A DNA stretch of 64,000 nucleotides, from assembly GCA_964035545.1 (NCBI GenBank), contig OZ037767.1, positions 1,809,680 through 1,873,679 of the forward strand. The letters are read 5' to 3'. Every line of letters begins with the position of its first letter. Position 1 is the stretch's first letter. This stretch comes from Bugula neritina (taxonomy: Eukaryota; Animalia; Bryozoa). The position numbers and the translations under genes are program-made. The notes below the pieces were generated by a model. It was not told the DNA's origin. It searched no databases and was given only the letters and a program-made list of their open reading frames with translations. Below, piece after piece: positions 26,866 to 40,926 of this stretch.

Positions 26866-29330
26866 ATGTCTGCTAAAGCCTTACCTATGCTTTTTATCAA
26901 TCTTGGAGGAGAAATGATCTATATTCTACATCAGAGGCTCAATGCACAAAAAATTGATCCTAACCGAGCTCAAAAAGGTAGAGTAATACTTATAGTTATA
27001 CTAATACTTATACTATTAGTATTACTATTAGTATTAGTATTACTATTACTATTAGTATTAGTAATACTAATAGTAATAGTTATAGTAATACCAACAGTAA
27101 TACTAATACTAATTGTAAAACTAAAACTAAATACTAAAACTTTCAGTTAAAGTGAAAACAATAAGCGTTGAAGTCATTAGCTAAATTTGATGGCTAAGAT
27201 TGACTTGATATTGTAATTGATAATTAATATATGGAAATTTTTATTAATTGATGTTTTTAGTGTTTGATGTTATCTAGTGACAACATCAACTGTAAATCTC
27301 ATCATCAATGTTCTCTCTCCTTATCTCAATTCTTATGCCTTAAACGTATACTTACATTTTATAGTTAACTTATAAATTATACTCATTAAAATATAACTCA
27401 GTTTTAATTTAGTGTTTATACTATTAGTATTACTATAGCTAATATTATAGCTGAAGTTATAATCATAGGTAATGTTATAGTATAACTATAAGTAACAGCA
27501 TGATATTACGTTTGTAATAAGTATAACTATGCAAGTTTGATTGAATAAACTGTTTTTATAACTTTTAATTTTATATTTGCAGGTTATTTATCAAAACTTG
27601 CAATAGTAAAATAATGAAGGACTAGCAAAAATATTTCTTATACAACCATATTGGCTTTATGCTAAAAAACTTACTACAATTAACCTATTTTTAATTATGT
27701 GAAACAATAAAAGTTATTAAGTTTTTATTTCAATATTGCTCTGAAATTTGGTAAAATCTGGGAGTTGTATTTCATAAATCATTCAATGCCTTCAATGACT
27801 CACACTTTTTCTATGAACTGACTGAGAGTAGTAAATATGATAGAATTCAGGTTTAGATGAGTAAATAGATGAAATATATTGAATGGTGGGAAAATCCGGA
27901 AAAATCCTGTTTCTGCCTTACCGTAACTCTAAGAAATCAACAAAACTACACGTACCACTCAAATTTTGATTAAATGGACAGTCAAAGTTACAAAGAAATT
28001 GAAATGCTCATCAGTATCGTCATAACTAGTTGTCTTCTTTTAATGGGTCGGAGATACCTGATTCAGCAATTGTGCAATGCTTTAAATGTGCAAATCTGAG
28101 CTATACTTACCATTGTTGAACTTGAGGGATGCTTGGATTGCCCGAGAGAAGATGGAGCTGCTCTCTGCATGCGTTCTATCAATAATGGAGCTGCTACCTG
28201 TGTTTGAATCAGTTTGCATGCTGGATCCACTCCTTGAGTTTGAGTCAGTTTGCATGCTAGATCCACTCCTTGAGTTTGAGTCAGTTTGCATGCTAGATCC
28301 ACTCCTTGAGTTTGAGTCAGTTTGCATGCTGGATCCACTCCTTGAGTTTGAGTCAGTTTGCATGCTGGATCCACTCCTTGAGTTTGTGCCACTCTCTATG
28401 CTGGATCCACTCCTTGAGTTTGTGTCAGTTTGCATGCTGGATCCACTTCTTGAATTTGTGTCAGTTTGCATGCTAGATCCACTCCTTGAATTTGAGTCAG
28501 TTTGCATGCTGGATCCACTTCTTGAGTTTGTGTCAGTTTGCATGCTAGATCCACTCCTTGAGTTTGAGTCAGTTTGCATGCTGGATCCACTTCTTGAGTT
28601 TGAGTCAGTTTGCATGCTGGATCCACTCCTTGAGTTTGTGCCACTCTCTATGCTGGATCCACTACTTGAACCAACCTCCAATTCTAAGCTTTCACTTTCT
28701 GAGCTTGAACTATTCTCCATGATCAACTTATGCTGCTTAAAATAAACTTTAAGAGTAAAATCTTCTCAGCTCCACGCTAAATAAAACACTGGGTTTCAGT
28801 TTCCTTGTTTTTATGTACAAATCATTTTCAGCTTTACTCAAATGAATTACAGCTTTTTCAATTGGTAGCACCCTTGCAGCTTCACTACTTCAGTTATAAT
28901 CAAAACTATTAGTAGTTGTAAGTGATAAAAATAGTTGAATGGTTTATACACTTATATGTAAATATGTTTACTTTTATTTGTTATATAATTATATCTCACG
29001 CTAATAATAGCTGTGTAGTGTTTCATTATTATGTGCTACGAACACTAACCCAAAAGTTAGCTTCTATTGCAACTATTTTCTGTTTGAAAATGATTCAATT
29101 AATAATTTAAAGTTGAAATATATACACTACACACTACTTTAATAATAGTCTCCATATACTAATTATATTTACCTTTAAGGTTTTAGCTCAAAGTGTTGAG
29201 AGAAATATTCGTTAACCGCCATTATGCTCTTGGTCTTGTAGGAAAGATACTATTTTTACAATATTTTGTAGATGATCTATTCTTCTGGACTCAAATAAGT
29301 AATACATATAGTACAAACTTATATATGCAT

Positions 29331-29418
<88 letters not shown>

Positions 29419-32400
29419 AATATTTATAAGTTTATTAATCAAATGTAGTCTAATAACATGTCAAACTCACTATCAATACGTGTAACTTTAGTCAAAGTTA
29501 TGATGTTGTTTATTATTTGAAAATATATTATAATAACTTTTGAAGCATTACTTTTCTCAAATGTTAATTGAAGGGAGTCAATTTTTTATTTATTATTTGG
29601 GAATTGTTTTCTTTTTATAGGGACAAAGAGCATAAATTAATTACAAAAATATGACTGAAGGATAAATTTTAAGTCTGAGTTTTTGAAAGAACTTTATACT
29701 AGGTAGCATTGAAATTGTATGTAATGAGTAAATTAGTTAATTATATATGTCATTTGTATAGTTAAACAATGGACTCTTATTGAATAACACAGTAATTACT
29801 AACTGAAAAATGACTTACCTGTAGCCCTTGTCCCTGAAAAGAAAGGAAAACTCCTAGTAAATGTTTAAAAAAATATATTTATTTCTAAAAACCAGTTCTA
29901 ACTTTACTGACACTATAAATAATCATAATTTATGTTGAACTACTATTAAATTAGCTAGAATGCATGCTGTTTGTTAGAATTTTGAGTTCTTTTGTTTAAA
30001 TTACAGTTTCAATAATATTGCATTATGGAAAATGTTATGTGAATTCTTAATCAATTACTAGCATTGAAACTACGTGTTCGTTGTAAAGTTAGTAATAATA
30101 ACATGTATGATAAACTTGGTAAGTATGTCAATGTTAATAACTTTGCTGCTACACGGAGGTAAGGGAATAATATCAATATAATAACTTTAAATTAATGCAT
30201 TGATGGTACATAAGTTTAGAAAGAAATTTTAAACTACTGTTGAAAATGTTTATTTTTATATACTGCCAGTTGAATGATAAAACAATTAACTTAAACTAGA
30301 TGAAACATGTTTTTCAACTTTGTTCTGAGATATTACACATTTCACTATTTTTTAAAAGCAATAATTTGAAGCTCTTATAGCTTGCAGTAAAATAGTTACA
30401 AGAGTAAATATTATACCAATAGTTTAAGTAAATTCTCTACCAAACTTTTGCTATTTATGATGATCAAACTTCACCATCTTCAAGTTTGGAGAATGTTTAG
30501 TTGTTTTGAGTAATTTAAAGTTACTTTTTCTTGTTTTTAGTGTTAATCTAGTGTTGCTATATTATTTGTTATTGCAGTGTTGAATGACATAATAAGTACG
30601 ATGTTCAACAAGAGATATATGGATGAAATATTCAAACCTCAAGAGCTCCACTCCAAGAAGGCAATGAGAACTGTGTTTGATAGGCTGGCACATGCTTCCA
30701 TCATGAGACTTAATGCTGCTAGCATGGATAAAGTGCGTACAGTTATTACTACAGTGAAAAGTTGCGTTTATACCTTCACGATTTTCAGTTAGAAGTTCAA
30801 ATTGGCCAAGTTGATATTTTTCCGAGTTGCATTGCATTGTATGTAAAAGCCACTCGTAAAAAATTTTGTACTGTTATAACTTAATGGGCCGAGTTTAAAA
30901 TAATAAATAAAAGGAGTAATGATTCCTTGTATATATTGTTATTTAGTTATGACTTTGGCGATTAGATGACGTACTCATATGTTAATAATTAGATCGCCTA
31001 CTCCTTCTCAACTATAGCTTTTATGCTGTCAACTTTACTAATTCTCGATGTTTTCAAAGGGTATCAAATAGCGATTAGGCGAGTCAGATTTCACTTTTAG
31101 AAAATAAGCTTCCGCATCAATATGATTTTGCCAAGTTTCAGTTTGACTATAAAGGGGTACAGGTATAAACGCAAATTTAAACACTGCAGCTGTAGTATAT
31201 CACTACAACATATTATGTAGCAGTAATGATTACTACAGTATAACCTATGTAACTGTACTGTCTAACTACCATATAATGCATGTAGCTGCAGTATATTACC
31301 ACAGTGTAACTCCTGTAACTTTACTACAGCTGTACGATCTCATGACGATGGCCATCAAGTACCAAGTGACGTTGTGCTCCCAACCCCGGGACTTGCTGCT
31401 CATCACCCTGAACCACTTAGACGGGATCCGCGCTATGGTGCACAACCAGCCGATGGTCATCTCTACTCTCGACAGTCTATACCACAGCTTTATGGATGTG
31501 AGTCATGGTTTGCTCATAAACTATAGAGTTGTCTTCTCTATTAGTTGTGCGTCCACTCTAACTTGTTCCTAAATGTTTAAGAGCTGCTGGCAGCGGTTTG
31601 TTGAGTAATACATAAAGGCAGCACATTATGTTCAAGATATACTTATGTATAAGTAAGCATAGCTATGCATTATGTAAGTATAGTTACATATATGTAAGTG
31701 TAGTTACATATAAGTAAGTATAATTATTTATAAGTAAGTGTAAAGTAACCTAAAAGTTTCAGTATCAAAGTTTCTGTTGTATCTCTATATTTTTCTAACC
31801 CCCTGTGAAAAGACAATTCCAAGGTTGCTCCAATTTCTTTTTTGTTAACAACAATAATATTATGTCAGTAAACTAGTCTACAAATGATTTAGTCATGGTG
31901 TGTACATTTACTATTGTAAAAGCTCTCTTTGCCTATAGCTATATGGCAAGATGCTTTATGGGGAACTACAGACGGTGCGCCAATGTCTCCTCACATTCTT
32001 TCAGGACATGCATGTCAGGGTACGTAGGCTATTTCTTCATAGGTCAATAAATTCCTTCAAAACTCCCGTTTAGAATGTCACCAGCTTCACACTTGGAACA
32101 AATACATTAACATATATTCTCACAATGGTCCACCTAATGTATTCATATACTTTGACCTGCTAACACAACACACTTGATATATCTTTTGAATTTATTTGTA
32201 TGAATTTGAAACCGTCTTCTGTTAACAAATTGAACTTGATCGGTTACTAAACTCCACATATATGGTGGTAATTCATGTCCTGAACAGTAAGTGGCTGTAA
32301 TATATAAGATCGATTTAATAAATCTGTGCAGTGTAGACTTGGTGGTCCTCTCTGTGTGCAGTTAATGGTAAGCTATACTTTGGTGTTGGTCACAGCCGTG

Positions 32401-34931
32401 GTTGCAGAAAAATAGTTAATAAATATTGTGCTATTTTTCAATCAATATGCTTGCTATTCTATATTTATATTCCATCTCTTTGTAATCAGTATTTTATGTC
32501 ACCAGTTTGCTGAATGTACAGATATGTTACTCTAATATGACACATTCAGGTGTCAGATATGATACATTCAGGTGTCAGATATGATACATTCAGGTGTCAG
32601 ATAGGATATATTCAGGTGTCAGATATGATACATTCAGGTGTCAGATATGATGTGTTCAGGTGTCAGATATGATGTATTCAGGTGTCAGATATGATGTGTA
32701 CAGGTGTCAGATATGATGTGTACAGGTGTCAGATATGATGTGTTCAGGTGTCAGATATGATGTGTTCAGGTGTCAATATTTCTGAAAGAAGGACAGCAAA
32801 ACCAATCTGGTCGGTTTGTACTGCCACGAGGTGGTACAGTGCCGATGGGCAGCCAAGTTCCAGGAAAGATAGTCCTGTATGATGAGACTGGAGAAGTGAG
32901 GCAACGTAAACAGTTCCACCCCGGTAAGTACTCCACCTCCTTTAATCACTAAGGCTATGGTATATCCGTGTCTGATTCTAATCACAATCAGCTGGGGTGC
33001 TGATATTTGTTAGCTATTGCTATAATTTGGAAAATAAATATCAGTATAGTTTGTTACTAGCATTACAGTGAGTGCGACTGTGCTCAGATTCACAGTGATT
33101 AGTGTAATCAATGTTGAGTACATACTATGCAGTTAGTTACTCACCTTGATGTAAAGTACTCCTCACTGATTCACTGAACACTAGTCTATACTAATGACTC
33201 ATTAGTGAGTCTGTACTCAATGCGATTTAATAATAAATGAGTTAGTGATTGAGCTAATGGGTGTATGAGTGAGTGATTGAGTGGGTGGGGGAGTGGGTGA
33301 GTGAGTGTGTGAGTGAGTGATTGAGTTAATGGGTGTGTGAGTGAGTGAGTGAGTGAGTGAGTGTGTGAGTGAGTGAGTGAGTGAGTGAGTGAGTGAGTGA
33401 GTGAGTGAGTGAGTGAGTGAGTGAGTGAGTGAGTAAGCTACTGCTAGACTTGTATCTAGAGTTTTCTGGAGTTGTAGATGGAATTACTGAAAAGTGTACT
33501 GGAATATAAGAATTAGATATTTAAACCACAAAGTTGTTTCCCCTATAGCTTAAACTGCTACTGATCTCTACTCTCTCTGTAGGTAGCACCTATAAAGTGG
33601 CCCAGAAGGAAGGTTCTCTCAACCTGACTGGAGACAGGGTGACTAAACTCGGCTGTAACATGTAAGTAGAGAATCTGTTTGAATCTTACAGCATGTGACT
33701 TGTTTGTCATGTGACTTTTCTGTCATATGACTTAGTTGTCATGTGACCTTTCTATCAAGTGATTTATTTGTATGTGCCTTGTTTGGCATGTGACTTATTA
33801 GTCATGTGATTCATAAAACCACAGCTTTGTTAGATATGTTGAAGATATTCGATCTTTTAAGCGTAATGAGTTAACTACTTATAGTGAAAAAAAAATTTAA
33901 AGATGGACATATGCTTATGAGGACCAAGCAATGTGTATGAAACTTTTAGGAACTAAGGTTATTGTATGGAATTTCTATGAAAAGTTTTAAAAAAGTTATA
34001 GTCAAATTTTGATACTCTGGAGTTATATATTCATTATAATTATTGCATATAATTTCTGATGATCGAAGAGATATAACTAAGTGTTAATGTGACTGTTATG
34101 GTGATGAAATATTTTTAGGTACAGTACCCACAAACCATCGGAGACTACAACATCAAGTGTGGAGTCTAAAAAGACGTCCAAACATCGTACCCTTACCCAA
34201 GCTGAGCTAAGCACCCCAGATCCTCTGGCTAAGGCGCAACTGGACTTACTTTCTCATCTCATTGGCTCCGGATCTGCTAGTAAAACGAGTTTTAGAATAA
34301 ACTTGTTCAACAACGATGAAGAGGAAGAGTAAGATTTGTACTTTGAGTTGGTAGTGCAGACGTATAGTTCAGTGCAGACGTATAGTTCAGTGTAGTGCAG
34401 ACGTATAGTTCAGTGTAGTGCAGACGTATAGTTCAGTGTAGTGCAGACGTATAGTTCAGTACAGACGTATAGTTCAGTGCAGACGTATAGTTCAGTGCAG
34501 ACGTATAGTTCAGTGCAGGCGTATAGTTTAGTGTAGTGCAGACGTATAGTTCAGTGTAGTGCAGACGTATAGTTCAGTGCAGATGTATATTTCAGTGCAG
34601 TGCAGACTTATAGTTCAGTGCAGACGTATAGTTCAGTGCAGACGTATAGTTCAGTGTAGTGCAGACGTATAGTTTAGTGCAAATGTGTAGTTCAGTGTAG
34701 TGCAGACGTATTATATGAAGTTGATTATAAAAGGATACTTCCTGTTTCAGGAGCTACGTCTCTCCAGTGGCTAATCAGATACAACAAGAAGGAACAGAGT
34801 TTGTGGAAATAGACGCTAGGAAACGCACCAAAGACAAGTACCTCGATAAAGTGATGGGGGAGATGAATATTAGTGGAGGCGGAGCTTCTGGGGATGATGA
34901 TGACCTCCTCGACCTTATGGACCAGGCGTAG
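26866..34931 (+). CDS. OSCP1: Protein OSCP1 (organic solute carrier partner 1), about 379 aa, 8 coding exons
   Basis: Exons: 26866-26977, 30578-30732, 31330-31497, 31939-32019, 32770-32923, 33583-33661, 34119-34328, 34751-34931. Motifs LPMLFINLGGEMIYILHQRL, RLAHASIMRLNAASMDKLYDLMTMAIKYQ, VSIFLK, and C-terminal DDLLDLMD. Confidence 0.93.
28111..28732 (-). other. Candidate nested antisense coding exon (Ser-rich repeat)
   Basis: Acceptor TTTATTTTAAG/CAG, donor AATG|GTAAGT, 622-nt open frame; Ser-rich bias continues outside the perfect repeat. Confidence 0.4.
28185..28670. repeat. 33-bp GC-balanced minisatellite (about 14 copies) in OSCP1 intron 1, open on both strands
   Basis: Unit tttgagtcagtttgcatgctggatccactccttgag-like; the minus strand encodes (SGSSMQTDSNSR)-type 11-aa repeats. 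Confidence 0.92.
29332..29413. repeat. (TA)n microsatellite
   Basis: Direct reading. Confidence 0.95.
32545..32775 (+). repeat. 22-bp tandem repeat (about 10-11 copies) of the OSCP1 exon 5 acceptor junction
   Basis: Unit ttcag|gtgtcagatatgatgtg; the real exon starts at the last TTCAG|GTGTCA (32770). Confidence 0.92.
33262..33434. repeat. (GAGT)n microsatellite
   Basis: Direct reading. Confidence 0.92.
34352..34711. repeat. 18/23-bp minisatellite gtgcagacgtatagttca(gtgta) filling most of OSCP1 intron 7
   Basis: Direct reading; more than 15 copies. Confidence 0.9.
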
Positions 34932-36646
34932 CGACGTTTGGCTACCAGCCTTCTGCTCTTTTATTTCTTATACTCAGTCTATCAGTCTGATGGACTGTGA
35001 GCAATACTTATTGTCTACTCTCAGTAATAACCAGTATAAGTATACTAGTTCAATTTACTTGCATTTGTTACGTCCAATCATGTTCTCAGATTTCATATTT
35101 ATTTTTAGACATATTCTTGTAATGCTGTTATGAAATGAAATATGCTGTTGTTCTATTGACTTCAATCTGTGATAAGATTCTTAGTTTCAATAATTCTTTT
35201 TATTTTGTTTTTCCAATTGGAGCAAGTCGTTTAGTTCTTGGAGTTATCTTTCCATCCTGTTGTGCTGCAATAATAAAGTAAACAAAACAAGTATTCGTTT
35301 TACTTCAGTTTTAGTGTTGGCTACAACCCACATGTACTAAAGAGTAGAGGTTGTGAAACAATTAGACCAAATCTATGGTTCATTGATATGGTGATAGAGT
35401 TTGTGTAAACGAAATAATAGACAGTGCAACTTTATCCAGCCATTCTACCTGCAGCTTAGTTATAGAATATGCTAGGTTTCTGTGTGAGGTTTGCTGAATT
35501 TCTTCACAGGCAGTGCCAGGAGTAGCTTGCTGTCAATTTTTAGTAAAAGTGAAATAAGGTTTATATATAAATACATTGATCTTGGTAAAGCTAATGAGGT
35601 GGTTGTAACACCTGAATCACTCTTTAGGCTATAGATCCTCATAACATACTTACTGCTATATATTCTAAAATCATATGATACATAACTTTAAAGCTGTTTC
35701 TATGACAATTTTATTTTGTTAATTATCGATTCAGTAGAATTCCAATGTAATATACTAAATAATAGAATTATCTGGAGTGATGTTAGCCCAACTTACCAGA
35801 CTCACTCTACAATCAGAAGCCCCCAGCTGTTTTGTGCATACAGTTATCACAAAACTTTCCTTTGTACCAAAAGCCATGATGGCATAACTCTAATCACAGC
35901 AGAACCATGACAGTAGCATGAGCATTATGCTCTTTATGACTGCAAACGCTACCTATATAATTAAAAAGAATGATATATATGCAGGCAATAAGTGTATAAC
36001 ATAAATTTTAACAACTTTGCTAGTATAGAACAGGGCTGTATGTACTTGTTAAATGAACATTGCAAGGTCATATAAAGGTTAATTGTCTATGCTGCACTTA
36101 CCCAGGGAACTTGATGAAGCCAAGAAAACATTAATTGAACAGAAGTTGCTAACGGCTAAAAACATGCCCTGAATGTTTTATTAATTTCCAACTTTTAGAG
36201 TGTCTGGGTTTGTAATTATTTCCCATCATTGATAGATCTATAAACTAAAATGCATTTTCTGAAAATACTGCAGGAAAGAACAAGACTTTCAAAATCAACT
36301 GATGACAAGGAAGAAGCTGAAGGCAGCACATTTACTGACTGCCTTGCTGCCTCTATCAACTGACAGCATATTGTAACAAGGATTTAGTTCAACTAGTGTC
36401 CCAATATTAACTCGATCTGTTTGAGCTGTTATTACACATCAACTTTATTATAAACAAGATTTGTGACACCATGTTGCATAAGGTCAAAGGTCATATTGCA
36501 CTTGCTGATGAAATAGATTCTGTCAGTATATAGTAAGAGATGAAAGGTGTGTAGCACTAATATGCTGGTGGGCTGAGGGATTGTATAGTAAATTTATTGA
36601 TTAGTAAAATAGGATTTGCAAACTCTTAGCCTGAATTACTCTAAGT

Positions 36647-39600
36647 ATGCCATTGCCTATTGACAGGGAATGGGCGTGGGTCATTGTCACAGGTGAGTTA
36701 CTGTTTCTAATGTTACACTCAAGATACAAGCTGCACAGTTATTTATGAAGTAGGGGCAGTATTGGAGAAAATAGAAAAAGCTGGTATTACAGATGAGAAG
36801 TATAGCTAAAGAAGTTGTGTACTCACAAGATTTTCAACTGATTCTCTAAACCCGAAGTTTATAGAAGCAGAAAAAAACTTGGGCTATGCTCTAATTACTG
36901 TATTTGACATTTGCCGGCATGCTACTGCATATCAGTTATGCAGGCATTGATTATTAGTTTAGCAGCAGTAACAGCAGACTAGCTGAAAGTGCTTTATTAG
37001 TAATAGTTCTTTTAGTGACCAGTAAAGGAGGCTGTACTCTAATCCCACCCTTCTTCAATCGCATTAACATACTAAGGTCTAACTTCTTTTCCTGCAAGTA
37101 GATGAAATTCAGATACAAACAATTTTATGGTTTGTTTACAGCTTGCACTGCTCTCTTCGCTATCTCAGCCGGAGCAGGCAAATGTCAAGGAGTAATAATG
37201 GTAGAGGTCATTGACAAATTCCAGGGAGTCTACAAACCTTCTTCACTACTCTGGGTCTTCATGTCTACCTTCATATTTGATGGGCTCTTTGGTGCGTCAC
37301 TGCAGGCAGTAGTTTATTCACTCAAAAACTCTGAATTAATTCAGGAACAAAATGGAGAAAACTTGCATCTACTATCTAATTTTAAAAATTTGTACTATAG
37401 AAATATTTATGTTGAATTAAAATAAAGTTTACACCTTCACCTGTTTGCAGGACCACTTGCAGGTTACCTCATGCTGAAGATAGGTCACCGGTGGTCAGCT
37501 TTTCTCGGTCTCTTTTCATTGGTTGTTGGGAATATCGGTTTAGCCTATGCTCCAAACATAGTAGCCATGATTATTTGTCACAGTATTCCAACAGGTATGA
37601 ACCAAATGTCAATTCTAACACCTGTAAGCTAAGTTTAGAACAATTGTTATCATATGTGACTCGAATAGGCAATAGTAAAGTGAAACAACTCCCACTCAAT
37701 GCACCTTCTAGCCTTGGCTAGATGCAAACTATGAATCAGTGAAGCCTCAATGTTAAATTAACCTTTACCGGAATACTTAAGAGGAGAAAACTGCTGATAT
37801 AGATTTACATAATGTAGAGTAGAGTAATATAACATAATGTGATATGGTATGTATGATACAATGTAGTACTACGCATCTATTATATAATATAGAATATAGA
37901 GTGTATTATTATTTATTATTACATAAAATATCATGTTACGTAACACGTCACATGACATGATATATCATGTGACGTATCATATCATGTGACGTGTCACATG
38001 ATATACCATGTGACGTGTCACAAATCTATTATTTCAGGTTTTGGATACATGCTGACCTCATTTGTGGCAATTATGGCGAGTAGCCCATACTTTGTTGAAA
38101 AAAAAGCTTTAGCTGTGGGACTGACCACAACTGGATCTGGTATCGGGGCGTTTGCAATACCTCCCATACTTAGAGGACTATTTGATGCATTTGGATTCTC
38201 TGGTGCTTTATTAATATATGGTTAGTTTTGGTGATGTTTGTCATATACTGATATTTCCTGGTAGGAGTTGATCTTGCGACACAGAGTAAGACATCAAGGA
38301 AAATACACTAACTGTCATGATAACTAGTGACAAGTAACAGCAATAATGATATTATAGTGTGGAGTTGATCTTGCGACACAGAGTAAGACATCAAGGAAAA
38401 TACACTAACTGTCATGATAACTAGTGACAAGTAACAGCAATAATGATATTATAGTGTGATATTGATAACAGCTCCTGTACTCCATGCATTTCTTCCAAAA
38501 AAAGCTTACATATAATAAAACAAGTTTTTGAATTCTTTAGTATTCAATATAATTATATGTCCACATTGTGACATTTTTCAATATTTCAGTATATACAATT
38601 AAACAGTTATGCATTATCATAATATAATCAGGAGTTATTCCCTCTATTAACAGGTGGATTCTCCGTTCAATTCATGTGTTTAGCTGCGTTACTCAGACCC
38701 ATATCTCACTATACTAAGAAATCTAAGCAGTTGCCTACTCCTGCCGAGGTGAGTAATTCTACATTCAAGATTTCAAATATGCAAGCACGCACGCGCGCAC
38801 GTAGGATATAGGTACATATGTTTATATAATTATAGTAAAGATAACATGCATAATTAAAGTTGATTTAACACTTTATTTTAATGGTTTCGTATGATATACC
38901 CATCAGATACAATGTTATCAACCTGTCATATTATTGAACTATAAAAGATTATTCATGTTACGAGTATTATAAATATTCTGATATGTATGTAACTGGGTTA
39001 GGAATTGATAGACAAGGAAGGTGCATCTGGTGATGTCAAGGATTCTACAGACCAGACAGCAGAAACAGATCTAGATTCTCCTGACATGAGAGAAATTGAG
39101 AGAGTACCATCTGCAAATATAGATACAGAAAACAAGGCTAAAGAGAAGTTCAACTGGCGTGTAATACTTGTACCCAAAATGCTGATGATAACCATGTGCA
39201 GTGTGGTGTATATGCTGGGCTTTTCTGTAACCTACACCTGCATACCAGCCTTTGCTCGGGAATGTGGTATGTGCAAGGAACTCTCAGTAACATTCTAAAT
39301 TATTTCTTTTATCAATAGTTTATGTTACGTTACCATAGGGTTAAGTAATTTGTTATTACAATATTATTGATTTAATTTTGCTTATATACTTAAAATGCAC
39401 AGAACTAGTAAAATAGCTACTAAGACTAGCTTTCCTTAAGTTTTGAACAATTAATAAATCTAACAAAATAGTTTTGCAACTTCAAAAGTTGTCAGAATTG
39501 GCAAAAAATATAGCGCCATTAACACAAGTATGACTCACTCTGTATGACTCACTCACCTTGTTTTTATGCGTCTCCTGGTCCTCTAGGTATTAGTGACAAA

Positions 39601-40926
39601 CTGGTGTCAATACTGATGGCTGTATCTGGAGCCATAGAGATCCCTTGTAGGATTGGTAACGGATGGCTGGCTGATAGGAAGATTATAACCACTACTGCTC
39701 AGTTTGCCATTTGTGTGTTTCTAGCCGGTTTCTTCTGTCTTCTCTGTGCCATAGTCTCAAATCTAGCTGGTATGCAGTAGGGGGTCGGTCTGTTTCTGTC
39801 TCTTCTTGAAACTCTTAGATTTTCTAAACCGCCTAAAATTTAATTTGTATAAATACTATTTAAATTAAAATTAGCCAATTTAGAAACCTTTTTTTTACTG
39901 TAATTCTCTAATATACTTATATAGTATTTATTAATTACTTATTAATATTTTCTGTATGCCTACACATTTGTGCAAAGCAGCATTTTATTTTAAAATTTAG
40001 TTGCATTTGATTAAAAACATTCTAACTGAGTGCAGGTATAATTCTTGTCTAAGTGGCACATCTATATAATAGGCTATATACAACTGTGTAGTCTGAGTGA
40101 CGCTATGTATGCTTTGCAGGTATAATTCTGGCTATAATAGGAGTATCAGCTGTTGGGTCCTCAGTCTTCAGTTTAGAGCCACTTGTGTTTAGAGAACTGC
40201 TGGGAGATTCACACGTGACTAGCAGTCTAGCCATGCAGGCTGTACCTCAGTGTGTTTCTTTTGCTGTGTCAACTTTGATAACAGGTACGTCTGCAACCTT
40301 TTGAAATATAAGGTCCTACTTACTCGACAGTCTGTGCAAGAGTCCCCTCGTGCAGTCTTTACTTTCACTCTCACAATAGCCAATATCCAAGCCGTACAAG
40401 CTGGTAGGAAATCCGAATGCTTGTAAGGCAGTTAGCCAATCACCTCAGGTTAGCTTGTAGCTTATCTGCTAAAGACTATAAACCGCATTATATTCCACCT
40501 TTCTCGTCTGTACTCTTTAACGTCTGCACCTGCCATGTCTACAATCTTTGAAGTTTGCACCTTTGACGTCTGTACTCTTCATGTCCGCACCTTTTGTGTC
40601 AATCCTTGTACAACCCGTATCTGCTTCTCCTTCACTTTTCTTATATAGCATGCACACAACACCTTCTCTTCAACTATAGTAGCCACGGGTTTTATGGCAG
40701 TCTAATGCGACACCAGCATTTTCACAGCAAGAAGTTGATTTCTCAGAGCCAAGTGTGATAAAGTTCAAGTCTTTATATTTATGTAGGTGTGATATATGAC
40801 AGAACTGGGTCATGGAGGGCCGTTTTCTATTGCATTTCAGCCATAATGATGGTATCTTCAACTATCACCTGGCCATACCTGTTCAATAACTGGTATAAGA
40901 GGCGTCAGAGCACCACCCCATCTTGA
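36647..40926 (+). CDS. Monocarboxylate transporter-like (SLC16 family, MFS), about 456 aa, 9 coding exons
   Basis: Exons: 36647-36692, 37142-37291, 37451-37594, 38038-38220, 38654-38748, 39002-39266, 39587-39769, 40120-40284, 40787-40926. Motifs PIDREWAWVIV, YFVEKKALAVGLTTTGSGIG, LLRP, GWLADR, GVIYDRTGSW. Confidence 0.9.
38264..38458. repeat. Perfect 97-bp direct tandem duplication in MCT intron 4
   Basis: ggagttgatcttgcgacacagag...gatattatagtgt occurs at 38264 and 38361. Confidence 0.9.

Noticed and set aside
28086-28745. + strand 219-aa ORF (FESVCMLDPLLE)n
   Set aside because: Shadow of the 33-bp minisatellite. It is not needed for the OSCP1 frame, which joins 26977 to 30578 cleanly, and the better splice signals are on the minus strand.
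32545-34711. Regularly spaced short repeats resembling CRISPR arrays
   Set aside because: No unique spacers, no cas genes, and a eukaryotic intronic context.
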